From assembly GCA_026026165.1 (NCBI GenBank), contig JAPEUD010000001.1, positions 620,001-684,000 of the forward strand: a stretch of DNA of 64,000 nucleotides, in the 5' to 3' direction. Below the pieces are notes generated by a model. The model was not told the DNA's origin. It saw nothing but the letters and a program-made list of their open reading frames with translations, and did no database searches. The position numbers and the translations under genes were made by a program. The DNA comes from Sarea resinae (Eukaryota). Positions 11,278 through 24,379 of the stretch are shown here, in pieces; the first letter of the stretch is position 1; each line of letters opens with the position of its first letter.

Positions 11278-14200
11278 ATCGCCGGTTAATCGACTCAGAG
11301 TGCCAGAGATGTGATTCAGTAGATGGTTTTCAAGAGGATGCTAGATGAGAGTAAATATAAAGAGCAGCTAGGTCTGCGGCAGGTAACTATGAGCGGCGGG
11401 TCAATAGGATATGAAAAGCAGGGCAAAGCCATCCGCATCATGATCAATAACCGGCCAAATCTAGACTGGGATAATGCGACTTATGCATGGAAAACAGATT
11501 GGCAGGAATACCAGCGATTGCAACGTTGGCGCAGATCATTTGGTACCTGAACTATCTTAGGCTGGATATTTAGTTCAGCGCGCCAGAAGTTCTGCATGGG
11601 GCAAAAGCAGGGGTGAAGCAGCCAGTGAAGGGAAGACAGTGTCCCAGTGCCGGAAGCGTATGTCAGCACAAAACAGTCTCAGAGAGGGTTGATCGGACAT
11701 CGAAACGTCATCTGGCGGCTCCTTGACTGCGACTGATAGGAGAGATCCGACAGCCGGAACCCTGATGACTTCAAGGGTCATGACTTGGACAGGTCGAATC
11801 GAAGAAGCTACTGATACATCGGCTTCCCTGGGACCTGCTTCCTAGACCATTCTGGGAGATGAGCCAAGCCTGTGGGTGGATTCTTGACTCGGAGTTCGTG
11901 GTCCACAGATGTCTAGGAAGTCAATAATAGCGTCAAGTGTAGTGCAAGACGGTGGGGAAGCTTCGTTTAGAGCTTCGAAGGGGAACAATCTCAACATCGT
12001 GAGCGTCAAATCCGAATGCTCGGAACAGAGTAGTCTGATCGAAACCTGTATGCTGTCTGGGGCACTTCAGCTTCTACCGAGACGGTCAAGAGTCCTCTTC
12101 TAGGAAGTATGCGCCGATATCATGGTGGTCAATGCAATTGATATTGAGAAGATCGCGTACAGGGACCTCGTAGGGTTGGTGCCATTATCCGGAGATGACT
12201 ACGGGGAGTCACTGCCACGGCCTGGGATTGGTCTATCTTTTCACAGGGCTGTTGCCTTCCTAGCTTTGACTGCTTTGCCGAGGATTGCCCATCTCGATTT
12301 CAGCATGGGGGGTAGAAGAGATCTAGACGCGGACTTGGCTGACGCAGCGGAGGCACGCAGGCACGCCTGTAATGCATCAGAGCACGTGAAATGATCAACC
12401 AGACAATGACCGAGAAGCAGGCGGATTCTTTCAGGATTGGCTCCGACGTTAGATTATTGATTGCAAGGACCTAGTCAACAATAAGCCGAAGGAGCACCTC
12501 GGACGTTGACGATCATCGATAGTTGATTGACTCTTCGGACCCGGTAGGAGCTCCATGCATCCTCGTCCGGGGTGATCCTGGGCTGCTATCTCTGCGAGCG
12601 GAAATTCCCCAATTTCACGTCGTCAGCATCTAGACTAATAACGGTGTCGTATGGGAGCCCAGTGGGTACGTGGTAGGTTGATGGGTGCGATGTGGGTGCG
12701 TGCGCTTTCGATCTCGAGGCGCACGGATGTTCCCGAGAATCGAAGCTAATGACAACATGACGAAAATAGGATAGCCTTGCTCCAGAGCCAGTCCAACTGT
12801 GGTCTTTGGGCGTCGATTGAACCAGGGAAGATGCACATATTATTGATGGGGCCCTCCAGGAACAGGAACCACTTCGGAGCTTTCTTTTCGTCTCATGCGC
12901 AATGGCGGCGCAGCAAATCCCCACGAGTGCTAGGTACGTGTGCCCGACGTTACAGTCATGGTTCGCCCACTGTTGTGCCACATTTCATTCAAATCCGCCT
13001 TTGCCGGCCCTGCGCATTGGAAGCAGACAGAGGGTTCACTGTTGACCGGGCGTCATGTTGCGCTGGGAACGTCATTTCTGCATTGAGCTTAGGCTGGCCA
13101 AGCTGCTCGTGGGTCGCCTCGTCGGCCACTTCTTCCGTCTGCAAGCCTCGTGAATCGGATCCACGTCAAGTCGAAGTGCCACGGCAGTGGCGGGACTTTT
13201 CTTGTCTTAACGCCGACCATGAAGCTTTACTCCGGAGTAGCTACCCTACCTGCCTCGCGTCGCTCCAGAGCTGACATGCACCGTCGCCGATGGCTCATCT
13301 GTAGTAAAGTGGTCGTGCTTCGTGCACTATGGTCATCATCTACCTTTCTAGTTCGTCGGCCTCCACCAGGTGGCCAGCACGAGGATCCTGGTACTTCGTA
13401 CATGGCCCTTCAAGCCGGGTCGCCAGGGTTCCCATTAGTACAAGCAAAGCCGAAGGAATCAGTGAGAAGATGTGCTCAAGCCCTTCCGTCGGCCTCTCCG
13501 AAGGATTGATAATCGCTCCCCAAACACTGGACAGCAACTGGCATTGGCCGGATAAAAGCATAGCAGCATTGCATCCGCTATAAGTAGCCCCCAAAGGGAA
13601 GTAATGCAGTTGTGCGGCGCAGTCGCTCAGGCTCTTTGCTTTTGTTGTGGTTGGCTTAAGCGTCGTTGTCGTTGTCGGTCTTCCTCGCGTGCCTTGCGGC
13701 GAGCACGACAGCTCCGTAGGGTCATGGAAGGGAGAAGAGCACGCGGGTGGTATGAGCATCTCATGATGAACGCTTCAGAGCCGTTCGGAGTCTAGTCTAT
13801 CGATACTATGGATGTGAGACACGAGAAAAACGTACGAGGAAGCAAAAGGAAAGGGCATGACAGCGTGGGGGACGGGCAATCGTGACTATCATGATGGATT
13901 ATTAGAGAGGTGATGCTTTGACATTGCGATTGTAATGCTAAGACATACCACTACGATGGTACCTGACGGGTGGCACACTACGGTAGGTACCCTCGAGTAG
14001 AACCTGCGGTAGCGGGAGCCGGAGCAGTAGCACTCCAGCTACTGCTGAATCATGACGGTACCTGGAGCTACCTCAAGCTACCTTCCAAGTTGGTGACGGT
14101 GCATTACCGACAGAGGGAGAGCACGACCCCTCGGACCCTTTCTCGAGACCCTTCTCCACCTTTCAGCGTGCTGTAGCCTGCTCTTATGTACTGTGGAGTA

Positions 14201-15925
14201 TCATAGTACTACGAGTACTACAGTACACCCACATCTGAAGGCGTCTTCTCCCCTCAGTAGTAGGGTAGCAATGATGTTTGAGTAATATGGATGGCTTGAT
14301 CGTGGCGAGATCGAGATTGCCGAAGCTCGTCCCTGACATGATTAGCTCGGCCGCAGTACTACGTACATGCATCTTAGAAGACCGTCGTCCATCATCCTCG
14401 TGCATCGAGGCTGTCCAGGTCAGTCAAGCCAAGTCGGGAAATGCATTGCATGAACGTCTATGGCGTTGTTTTGGACGTTCGTGGTGAGTGAGGTGCCTAG
14501 GTAGGTAAGGAGATGACTGGGCTGCCGATCTAGTGGGAGGTGATAGGATCCAGTATGTAGGTAAGGTAGGTAGTCAGTTTGTATGGGCTACGAGTTCCAA
14601 GGATGAAGCCAATGCCCGTTCGATTCTCGAGTGTGGAAATGACTATTGACATCGTACTTTGTAATGCATGGAAACATCAAGCACAGAAAACAATATCTCA
14701 CCCGCAATCTTTTGACCCCACGTTTCTCCGCTGAAAAGGACCTGATATCGGAAAAAGCCCCAAACCCAGCGTCGTCGAAAAAGAAAACACCACAACGTGC
14801 AAACGATCTGATCTGGACCAGAGAAGTCGCGACAGGAAAAAAAGAGTATGAGCTGGCAAGGTTTCCCGATCTCAAACTCAATCGCTAATGTAATCACCTA
14901 CTCCGTACAGATCTCGTATCTCGCATCTCGCATCTCGCATCGCGCATCTCGATCGATCTCCTCTGCGCGCCAAAACCCGTCTAAGGCAAGGGTAACGGGC
15001 CACGGCAAGAGTGGAAAAGCGGAAGCCAACAAAAACAAAGAGGGCTACTGTAATGTGGAAGAACGGGTTCGAGATGGGGATTGCCTTCTGGCCCTTCTTT
15101 TCTTACAAAGCAATGTCACGGATCATACCAACTCCCGGCGTTAGGAGAGCATTAGAGCGATACGATCTTACGGATAAAATCAGCCGCGGTATCATAAGAG
15201 CACGGACAAGCATCACCAGAACAATTCTCCGAGAGTGGTGATGCCGACTATGAACGACTCTGCCTGCCGTATTGTAGATGGTCCCAACTCAAGCTTCAAA
15301 TACCTTGGAAGCTTGGACAATTTACTCTATCCGAGGTGACTGATGCTCATCTCCCTTCAGGCCCCCGTCCTCAATCTCAGAGAGTAGCGACATCTCGCTT
15401 GGACGGCACGGTGATGTGCACTCCAACGACAATCCGAGTATCGACTAGATTGAACTTATGCCTCCCCCCAGAAAGAATAGATTAAGGCCACAATAAATGA
15501 AGCCTCATTCACGACACCAGGCCAGCTCACTCACTCGATCCAGCCAACACATTGGTAGCGCCAACAACGTACACCGCAGTCGATCAGTGTTCATTGACCT
15601 TCTGACCCTAGACTACGGCGCACATATGCATGCCCGTACGAGTCATCATTGAACTCGGAGCGCATATCCGTCTCTACACAGCATCCCGGGAAGCATTGGA
15701 TCTCGTCGACTTGAGATGGCCGATTCATCTGACCTGCCCGCCTCCTCGTAGGCAGAGACGGGATCAACCACGGCCTAGACGCCTAGACAGAGTGCCCATA
15801 GATCCACAGATCTACCATCGGATCTCAACCCGGGTGGGCTCTTGGGTCCGGCTCTTGGCTCTTGGCGTTTGCTTACTGCGTACACACTAGGCAGAGCACT
15901 CTACAGTCAATATCCAACTACAGTA

Positions 15926-16190
15926 CTCGTGCTGTTCAGAGGCTTCCGCCATGCTAATTTAGTTCTCTGAAAAAGGTAGTGATTGCTCTTAAGATCTAAC
16001 ACTGAATTGCTAGGAAACAATGTTCTATGATTATTGAGAATCGTATACATCAGGTATATTCAGGCTTTCACTCTAGAATAAAGACTTCAACATACTTCCT
16101 CGCTCTCTGGCCAAAGAGAGAGTAAGTTTATCAGCCAATGTAAATTCATCTGCAAGATTTAGCGTGGCGGAAGCCTCTGAACCGCACGAG
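15926..16190. mobile_element. 265-bp MITE (non-autonomous Tc1/mariner-type element) with 32-bp TIRs and TA target-site duplication
   Basis: Left TIR 15926-15957 CTCGTGCTGTTCAGAGGCTTCCGCCATGCTAA. Right TIR 16159-16190 TTAGCGTGGCGGAAGCCTCTGAACCGCACGAG. They match 30/32 as reverse complements. TA lies immediately outside both ends (15924-25, 16191-92). The interior is AT-rich and non-coding. Confidence 0.88.
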
Positions 16191-16860
16191 TACAGCAGGT
16201 GGGAGACTCCAGCCTGTTCCCTGCCCCTTGGCCCCTGTCGCCTGTCGCCTGTCATTGCTGTCACTGCCGCTCGAGCCGCTAAAGGGTAGGTGCTTGCGAC
16301 GGAGAGAAACCAGCTTCTGACGTCTTTCAAGGCCCTTGCGAGGCCAGACTGGGTGGCTGGATGGCTAGCTGACTACTGGCTGGCTGGAAGAGTGAGGCGC
16401 ATCGAAAGGGTTTCCCCGGTTGGTCGGCGGGCAAAGTGGGCAATGGGGCGCTGTACGAGCTCGGGCGGGGTTTGTATTCTTGTTGATGTTGGTGTTTAAT
16501 TTCAGTATTCATGTCGGTGTCGATATTGACATACAGACGAGAGAAGAGAGCCCATCGAGAGTATCGGGATTCAACGACCTTAGTAAATGATCCTACCTCG
16601 ACACTACCGTTCTTACCACTCCCTAACTCACACGGTATACCTACCTTGCCTTATCTTGCCTTACCTACTACCTACCTACATACCTACACACCTCTTCAGT
16701 GGACAAGCCACATTCAAGCACCAAGCAACTTCAACAACCCAAACACACACACATACACACACCTCTTGAGCAACTTAATCGGTGTCAGACATTCCCCCTC
16801 TTCCCCCTTTCCGCTTTCCCCTTTCCCCCTCCCCCTTTGCCCGAGCATCACCGTGCGAAA

Positions 16861-16884
16861 GAGAGAGAGAGAGAGAGAGAGAGA
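16861..16884. repeat. (GA)12 microsatellite
   Basis: Read directly. Confidence 0.95.
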
Positions 16885-17340
16885 ACAGAGAGTTACCAAC
16901 CCCACCGCATACAGCTGATAAGCACAGTGGTGGAACGGACTTCGTACACAACAACAGCATAGGCTTCACGCTTCCCATCCCGTTGACGAAAACGCCCTGA
17001 GATTAACCTAGCCACCTACCTACCTAACAACCCAACCCAATCCCTCATCCAACCCCTCATCAACCCACCCACCCTAGACAAATCAACCACCCATCCACGC
17101 ATCCACTTCAGACAAGTCAGGCAAATTAACCACAGAACCCACAGAACCCACCGCAGCTCGTACCCTCGACGACGGTCCACGACGACCATCGACGATGGTC
17201 CACGATGACGGAGGAAAGAGATTGTGAATCCACCATACATCAATCAGGTATAACCATAATCATAATCCCCCTGTCGGTGACCAGATCCAGATGGATCGAT
17301 CGAGATCGATTGCACAGGGGCCAGGGGCGTCAGCGGTCCG

Positions 17341-17408
17341 GGGAGGGGGTCAGGGTCAGGGTCAGGGTCAGGGTCAGGCTTTAGGGATAGGGATAGGGGG
17401 GGGTAGGG
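17341..17408 (+). repeat. G-rich telomere-variant-like hexamer array (TCAGGG)4..TTAGGG(ATAGGG)2
   Basis: GGGAGGGGG TCAGGG TCAGGG TCAGGG TCAGGG TCAGGC TTTAGGG ATAGGG ATAGGGGGGGG TAGGG. Confidence 0.8.
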
Positions 17409-17459
17409 AAGGAGAGAGATACGCTGGTGTATTCACCTATCTATCTATCTATTTACCCA

Positions 17460-18320
17460 TCCACCTCTCGATTTAATTTACGTGTATACTCTACTATACT
17501 TTACTTTACTTATCTCTCTATCTCTTGGATCGACCTAACTCTCTACATATCTCTCTATCTACTGAACTAACTCTCTAGGCGACTATAATCTCTCTCCCTC
17601 TAATTTACTAGCTAGCCTACTCACTTATATTTATTAGCGCCTACAAAGAACATAGAGAGAGAGAACCTTGAGCTAGAAATCTCTATTACTCTATTTCCAT
17701 CTCTCTAGCTCTATCCTGCTTATCTGTATATCTCTCTCTCTCTCTATATGTATAGAGAGATATATATAGGTGATAACATCTGTCACTCAATCAATTAACC
17801 AACTAATAAATAAAGCTTACTATACTCTATATACTCTCTCTTTCTCTATCCCCTACCTTAGGCCTTCCCTTCCTAGCCTTCTAGCTGCACAGCTATAATC
17901 TGAGTAAAACGCAGAAAGCTAATAGAAGCTAAGATACCTTGATACCTTAAAAAAATACAAGCTATCTACCTAGCTGGATAGAAAAGTAAGAAAGAGCAAG
18001 AGAGAAAGAGAGAGAGAGAGGCAGTACGTCACTGTGCTCGACTTGTAAGTTTACTCTTAATACCCAAGGTAAGGTACTCTATAGATGAGATAAGGGATAT
18101 GGGATAAGGGCTCTAGTCATTAGAAAAGGAAGGAGGAAGGAGGAAGGTAAAAGGTAAAAGGAGAGAGACGTGAGTATAGATATAAACACAGACACGGCCA
18201 CGGCCACGGCCACGGACACGGACACGGACGTGGCAGTAGACACACAAGATACTATATAGAAATAGAAAAACCGAAAAAAAAGAAAATGTTCAGGGGTATA
18301 TAAATGGCGCAATAAGGAGT
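17460..18320. repeat. AT-rich, TpA-rich degenerate segment with a RIP-like signature
   Basis: Abrupt drop in GC, dense TA/CTA/TAG and scarce CA/TG compared with the flanks; no credible ORF. Boundaries approximate. Confidence 0.6.
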
Positions 18321-19128
18321 AAGTAGGTACGCCACTAGCGTGCGAGAGGGCCAATAAGAAGACATAAGGCGCAAGACGGCAGCAATGGTACCACATGCAA
18401 CATGCATGCAAAGCTGCCAGAGAGCAAGGCGAAAGCCCAGGGGCACGGACGAAGCTCATCAATATGAAAATATGTACGTATAGACGTATGCAGTCCCCAA
18501 CCAAGCAAGCCCCAGAAGCAAAAGAAAGAGCCGAACGAGGATAAAGAAAAAAGGCGTGAGGCGGGGGTATCTAGGCATGCTAATTGACTGACCAACGGAC
18601 GACCGAACGATTGAGTGATTGTGTGATAGATAGACAGACAGACAGACAGGGCGGGGATGCGTATGTATGGAGATCCGGCCGGGGTGGTCGACGAGGATCT
18701 GGGGCCCCTGGATCGGGATCGGCATCGCACGTCGTCGGGACAGCCGAGGCTTGGATGCGGTGTGCCGTGCCGCACGGCTGCTGCATGTACGCATGCATTC
18801 GCGGGTGGGCCGAATAGCATGGGATCGTCGCGCCTCGCCTCGCCTCGCCTCGCCTCGTCTCGTCTCGTATCGTAGTGTAGTCGAATCGTAGCGTATCGTA
18901 TCGTATCGGTGAGAGGGCAACACGACGATCCCGAGGCCGACGTTTCCAGAGGCAAGGCAGGTATGTAGATGCGAGCGCCGAAATTGACCACAACGTAGCC
19001 AGGCAAGATCATCCAGCCATGCTGTACAGGTACTTGAGAAGCCAAACATGAGACCCAGTCATTGAGATAGACCCATCTGTCTATCCGCCCGCTTGTCTTG
19101 TGTCGTGCAGAGCAAAAACAAATCCAGA

Positions 19129-22037
19129 TCAGAAAGTCTCTTCCTCTTCCTTGTCCTCGCCATCCAGGACCCTTCGCGCGTCCTCGATGCGCCGTCTCCA
19201 CTCGTTGCCGTCATCTTCCCCTTGCTCCTCGTCCCCTCTAGGCACATTGATGTTTCCACCACCGCCATCAACGCTCAGACCAGAGCAGACCCTATTCAAA
19301 CTCTCTAGAAGGTTTTCAACGGCCACCAAATCCTTGCCCTTCAATTGCTCCAGTGACGCTGCAATCGCCGCCAATGAGATCCCCGATGTCGATGACGGAA
19401 AGGTTGTCGTGGCATCTGCTGGAGTGAAAACGGACGTCGGGTTACGAGAGTGAGACGAGTAAGCCCCCGTGCTAGAAGGAGTGGAGGCTTTACTGATCAA
19501 CGGGAATGAGCGCGCGCTGGGCGACCGAGTAGGTGGGGTAGGCGTATTGACTGCAATGGCGGAATCGGGACGCTCTGCATTGATGACGGTGGAAGTGTCC
19601 GAGGAGGTCTCGGACCGGGACGCCGGATCGACATATGTTGAGCTCGTTCCGTCGGGTTCGAGGTATTGCGAATAGCTTTCATGGTTGGACACGTCTATTG
19701 GCTGCGGTGGTTGCTGTTGCTGATACATCCACTCGTCGTCGTTGTTTTCCTCCTCGCCATCGGAGCCATCATCAGAGCCTAAGCCTTCGGTTGCCGTGGC
19801 GAAAGTTGCAAACGTGGAAACGGAATCTTTGCTATTCGTCCTACGATGCGTCGTTTGCCGGGAGAAATTCGGCACCTCACTTGGCTGTTCTTCCCGCTGT
19901 TGCTGTGGCTGCTCTTCCTCAGCCCATGCGTTATTTTCCGGCTGCGACTGAAGCTGTGGTCCTCTGGTCGTGGCGTCGGAACTCGTGGAACTGTAACTCC
20001 CCCGCCGGTCTAGACCGTAGGCAGCCACACTGCTGTGTAGGAAGAAATGCTCGTAGTCAAAAGCGTCGGCCCGGTCTTCATGCCTCTCACCCACAGGCGG
20101 TGATGAGGCATCATGATAGTCCTCGTCTTCGGAGAATTCTTCTTCGCCGTCAGCCCCTGCCGTTTCATCGTCGTTGTCATTGCTGTCTTCAGGGCTAGCA
20201 TCATCATAACTGGCGTCATCCACAACACCTTCAACCTGCGGCTCTTCCTCGTCCCGCGGCTCAGGCTCTTCGGCATCTTCGTAGTGACTCGCTACATCAG
20301 ATTCGCCGTAGTCACTGCCTTCAGCAGCATCATGAATACTTCCGTGCTGACTGCGTATCATGTATCTTTCGAGTTCGTCGGATTCTTGTAGTGCTTCCAC
20401 CGGCTGCTCATTCGGTAATTCCACTGGCGGTGCTTTTGCCGGCGATGCTTCTACCGGTGGTGTTTTTATCGGTGGTGTCTCTATCGGTGGGGTAGTTGTC
20501 GGAACCTGCCATCGAGGATCAAACCGCTGACCCCAAACACTTGCCCTGAGACCGTTCATGCCATCATACATGACATCTGCATCCGTGAACGGGCTAGAGT
20601 TGCGCAAGCTCTGTACGCTTCGTCGCTTGAGGCCTTCCTCGCGAGCACGCTGCTGAAGCGTCGAGATCTTGCCTTTGAGATCTTTCATCTGCACACGTAG
20701 ATCCTGCATCTGCATAGCTGAACGTGATCGGACGAGGCCATTGCCATTCCTTGCCTCGACAAACTCGGTGTCATGTGGCGGGGTGGTCTGATGACGTATG
20801 TCTAGGTCTCTGGAAAGGGACTCTACTTCGGCCAGTTCCTGCAGACGGCTGGTGAGCGAGTTTAATGATTGTGGAGAACCGTTGTCGACTCTTCGGCGGT
20901 CGATGCTACGCTCACGTACAAAGTCCTGACTGCGCGTCTCTCTCAACAACGCCTGCTTGGACGGGGTAGGTCCATCTTCGGTCGATCTAGCTACCCCTAT
21001 CGAGCTCAACGCACTCGTGGAGCGTGGTGCCCTTGGTTCCCGACGCAAGGCATCGGGCACAGAGTTCAGTGATGAAGGAACCGAAGTCTCACTGAAGACT
21101 CTGCTATGCCCAGGACTCCCCGAGGGGTTCAGCGGCGAGGAATATAACTGGCGATGCTTTGCAGGCGATACTCCTAAAGCCGGATGGATCCGACGTTCTG
21201 ATATCTGATTCTGATAACGTGGCGGTCGTTGGTCTGTATGTTCGCCGTTCGAAGACATTGGCGAGGAAGGCGAAATGATGAGGGAGCGACGAGCACGACT
21301 GAGATTGCCTTCCATGTTCTATCAAGACCAACATTAGTGAGTCTGCGGTAACCGACGAAAACCACCTTTTCTCGAAAGAGAACACTTACGTCAAGTCTCT
21401 TCTTAGCATTTGCAAGGATCGTCTCCGCCCTTTGACTCAGCACGGCATACGAGGACGCTCCATCATCATCATCGTCGGCTTCTTCTTTGATGGCGGCTTC
21501 GATTGTGTTACCGGTGCCGAACGTTGAGGCGCTGAGAGTCAATCGGCCTTGCGCACCTCGGACACCATCGTAGTCGTTGTCTGCCACTTGATTGCTGTGC
21601 GCACTTCCGTGGCCCGAACCGCTCCATTTCTCCGTATCGGAATCGTCACTGTAAGTAGACGCCGACCCGCTGCCACCCTTCTTCGCATCCTCCAGCGTGC
21701 CACCTCTACTCGTCGAAGAGCCATCGTCCGATCTTGTACCGTCCTCGCTCGCATCGACCTCCTCGATATTCTCCAGCGGGGTGCCCGATCGATAAGTAGC
21801 TTGAGGCGTAATCGACCGATAGTTACTCTGCGGTGCCGGGCGCGCATACTTGACTTCCGGCGAGGGTCTGCCCGACAGCGCAAGCGGCAGCCTGTACTGA
21901 TCGTAGGCCCGGGGTAGAGAGAATGCTTGCGGCGGGGGAGAGGGTGTCGAGGCACGGGAATCGGCATAAGGCAGGATCATCTCGGGGTTCGTTAGGGTCG
22001 GGGACGGTAGCCCGGAGCTGGACTCGGTCGAGAACAT
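19129..22037 (-). CDS. Fungal hypothetical protein, largely disordered and acidic, with short coiled coils
   Basis: Exons 22037-21390 and 21318-19129 with a GTAAGT..CTAAT..TAG intron join the 287 and 728 aa ORFs across the helical block LSQRAETILANAKKRLD/NMEGNLSRARRSL. Other blocks: MQMQDLRVQMKDLKGKISTL and HEDRADAFDYEHFFLHS. Confidence 0.8.
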
Positions 22038-22782
22038 CTTGAGCCGTGGTGGCCGTGCGCATCAATCTGCGAGGAATATCTGTCCTGTGGGCGCCCGCTG
22101 AGGTGTTGGAGGGCGGCAGGCGATATAGGGATGAACATGAGTCGATAAGCGTCAGGTATACCCAGGGCATCGGAGAGTGAGGAGGTCGAGATCACGAAAA
22201 GGGACCGGACGTGAACGAGTGCATGGAATTGCAGGAGAAGACAGATATGTCAAAAGACCATGACGAACGAGAGCCAATGCTGTCGATGATGCTGGCGATG
22301 CTGGTGAAGACGGTCAAGCCAGACGGCCGTTTGGTCAAAGGTCGCAATCCGTAAAATTCGAGATGTCGAGAAAATGGGGCGCCTCGTCTGTCCCGGCGCT
22401 GGGTCCGGTGTCCCAGTGGCCGCTCTAGACGGTCGCCAAACCGCCCAACCCACAAAAAAGGGTCACGAAGCCAGGCGCCGGCCAAGGCACGGGCCGCAAC
22501 GTTCCCCCTCCACCCCTCCCCTTTCTCTAGGGCATGACTGGATTGGGCCCGTTGGTATTCTGTGTACCGCCTTCCAACACGCTGGAGAGATCGTGCGCAG
22601 CAACTGCTGCAGAGATCGAAATCTGGCGTCTCTCCTCTCGATCTGCCCGTATGCTGCTGACGAGAATATCAATCGCATGTGGCGTTTACATCTATCAACA
22701 GCTGCATACGAGTACTCGTCCTGCACTCACTCAATGGACGCTCCAATCGACGACCCCTCGCCCCTGAACGAGGGTAGGGAGC

Positions 22783-22966
22783 TGACTCATGCTCGGGGAA
22801 ATACCCCACACCTCAGCTATCTCATCTCACCCGCAACTGACTCACCAAGTCACCACGGAGAAGCATCAAGGATATGATGCTCGATGGATCCGCGAATGCT
22901 GCCTACTGTTGACTGCTTCCAGTCGCATTGAATACAACGGCACGCACAATTTGCTACAATGACTCA
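22783..22966. promoter_or_regulatory. Three perfect TGACTCA (Gcn4/CpcA/Cpc-1, AP-1-type) sites
   Basis: TGACTCA at 22783, 22838 and 22960, 200-385 bp upstream of the GNAT ATG. Confidence 0.65.
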
Positions 22967-23166
22967 CCCACGACGTCGCCGCGGCAGCAGCAGCAGCAGT
23001 AAAGAGCTAATCGACCCTGGATAGAGAAGATAGATAAAAGCCCCACCTACCTACCTCCCTACCCCCCGTTCTCTCCCGTCCCCTCCCGTCCCAGCGACCA
23101 TCTTCAACATCCTCCCTCGCTCAATCACTGACCGCCAACACGACGACCATCATCACCACCAGCAAA

Positions 23167-23985
23167 ATGCCACTGACCCTCGCCCCCGCACAGGAGAGCG
23201 ATCTCGCAACCTTGGTCGAGATCCAAACCACCGCCCTCGCCGACACCGCCTTCTCGCAGGTGATACACCCAAACGGCATGACCGCAACGTCGCGCCAGGC
23301 CCTTCTCGAGCGGCTGCGCTGGAGCTACCTCTCGGACCCGCACAGCTGGTTCCTCAAAGTGACCGACGACGACACGGGCGCGGTGGTCGCGTTCGCGAAA
23401 TGGAACGTCTTCGCGCACCCGCGCACGGCCGAGGAGCTGGACGCCGAGGACGCGGCCGAGCCCAAGCGAGCACCGGAATTGCATGCGGACCTCATCCGGA
23501 ATTTCTTTGGCCAGCTGCACGCCTGGAGGCGGAAGCTGATGGGTGGCGATCCGTGTTATTGTCTGTCTTTCCCCATTCTCTTTCTCCCTCTCTCTCAGTT
23601 TCTCCTCCTCTCTCGCCTGCCCGCGACCCCGAATGACGCCAGCTGAAGGACTGACAACTACCCCCATACCCCCATCGCAGACCTGCATCTCCTCTTCACC
23701 CTGCCCGCGTACCACCGCCGAGGCGCCGGCTCCCAGCTGATCGAATGGGGCACCTCGCGCGCCGACGCCGCCAACCTGCCCGCCTACGTCGAGGCGACCG
23801 CCAAGGGATACGAGCTCTACAAGCGCCACGGCTTCGAGCAGCGCGGCTGGGCCGTCGTCGATCTAGTGCCTTATGGCGGCTCCGATGAGTTTAGGAATAG
23901 GGTCATGGTGAGGCCTGCCAAGGGTAGCAGTAATAAGGACGAGGATGGACAGAAAGTCGGAGGAGAGGTAAAGGGGAGTGGGTGA
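23167..23985 (+). CDS. GNAT-family N-acetyltransferase
   Basis: Exons 23167-23560 and 23681-23985 (intron GTCTGT..CTGAC..CAG). Spliced sequence shows motif A YLHLLFTLPAYHRRGAGSQLIEWG and motif B PAYVEATAKGYELYKRHGF. Confidence 0.9.
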
Positions 23986-24379
23986 GTGAGTCTGTGATAT
24001 TATAGATGGGAAAATATAGAGCGCTTCACATGCTGTAAGACATACATCAAACATCAAGATACACAGCAGCACCAGCACCAGTGTCAAACAAAGCCCCTGA
24101 CTCGTGAGAGGTGCCGAATTTCTTCAAGATAGCCGTAGGTTTGAAAAAGACCCGGCGAAATGTGGGATATCTCCAATCAATGCTTGATAAGAGAAGCCTG
24201 CCCGCGCTTCCCCTAACCTCCCTGTCCTTCAAAAAGAAGATGGTGAAAGGCGATTAGAAACAAAAACAGAAACAGAAACGCCTGTCGCTATGAAGTAGGT
24301 GTGTTTGTGCCAGTGCCATGCAATTCATGCAAGAAAAAAAGAGGGAAAAGGAAAAAATATCATATCAGATCAGGTGCGA

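Noticed and set aside
11560..13800. ORFs of 60-165 aa upstream of RGS-LOV
   Set aside because: No recognisable motifs or consistent exon chain; overlapping ORFs on both strands look like GC-rich noise. A small gene or lncRNA cannot be excluded without RNA data.
18335..19201. 288-aa minus-strand ORF and overlapping 196- and 137-aa ORFs
   Set aside because: They run through (CGCCT)n, (CGTAT)n and (GACA)n repeats in the 3' region of the 19129-22037 gene, and all three frames are similarly open.
23125..23829. 234-aa minus-strand ORF
   Set aside because: Antisense shadow of the GC3-rich GNAT gene.
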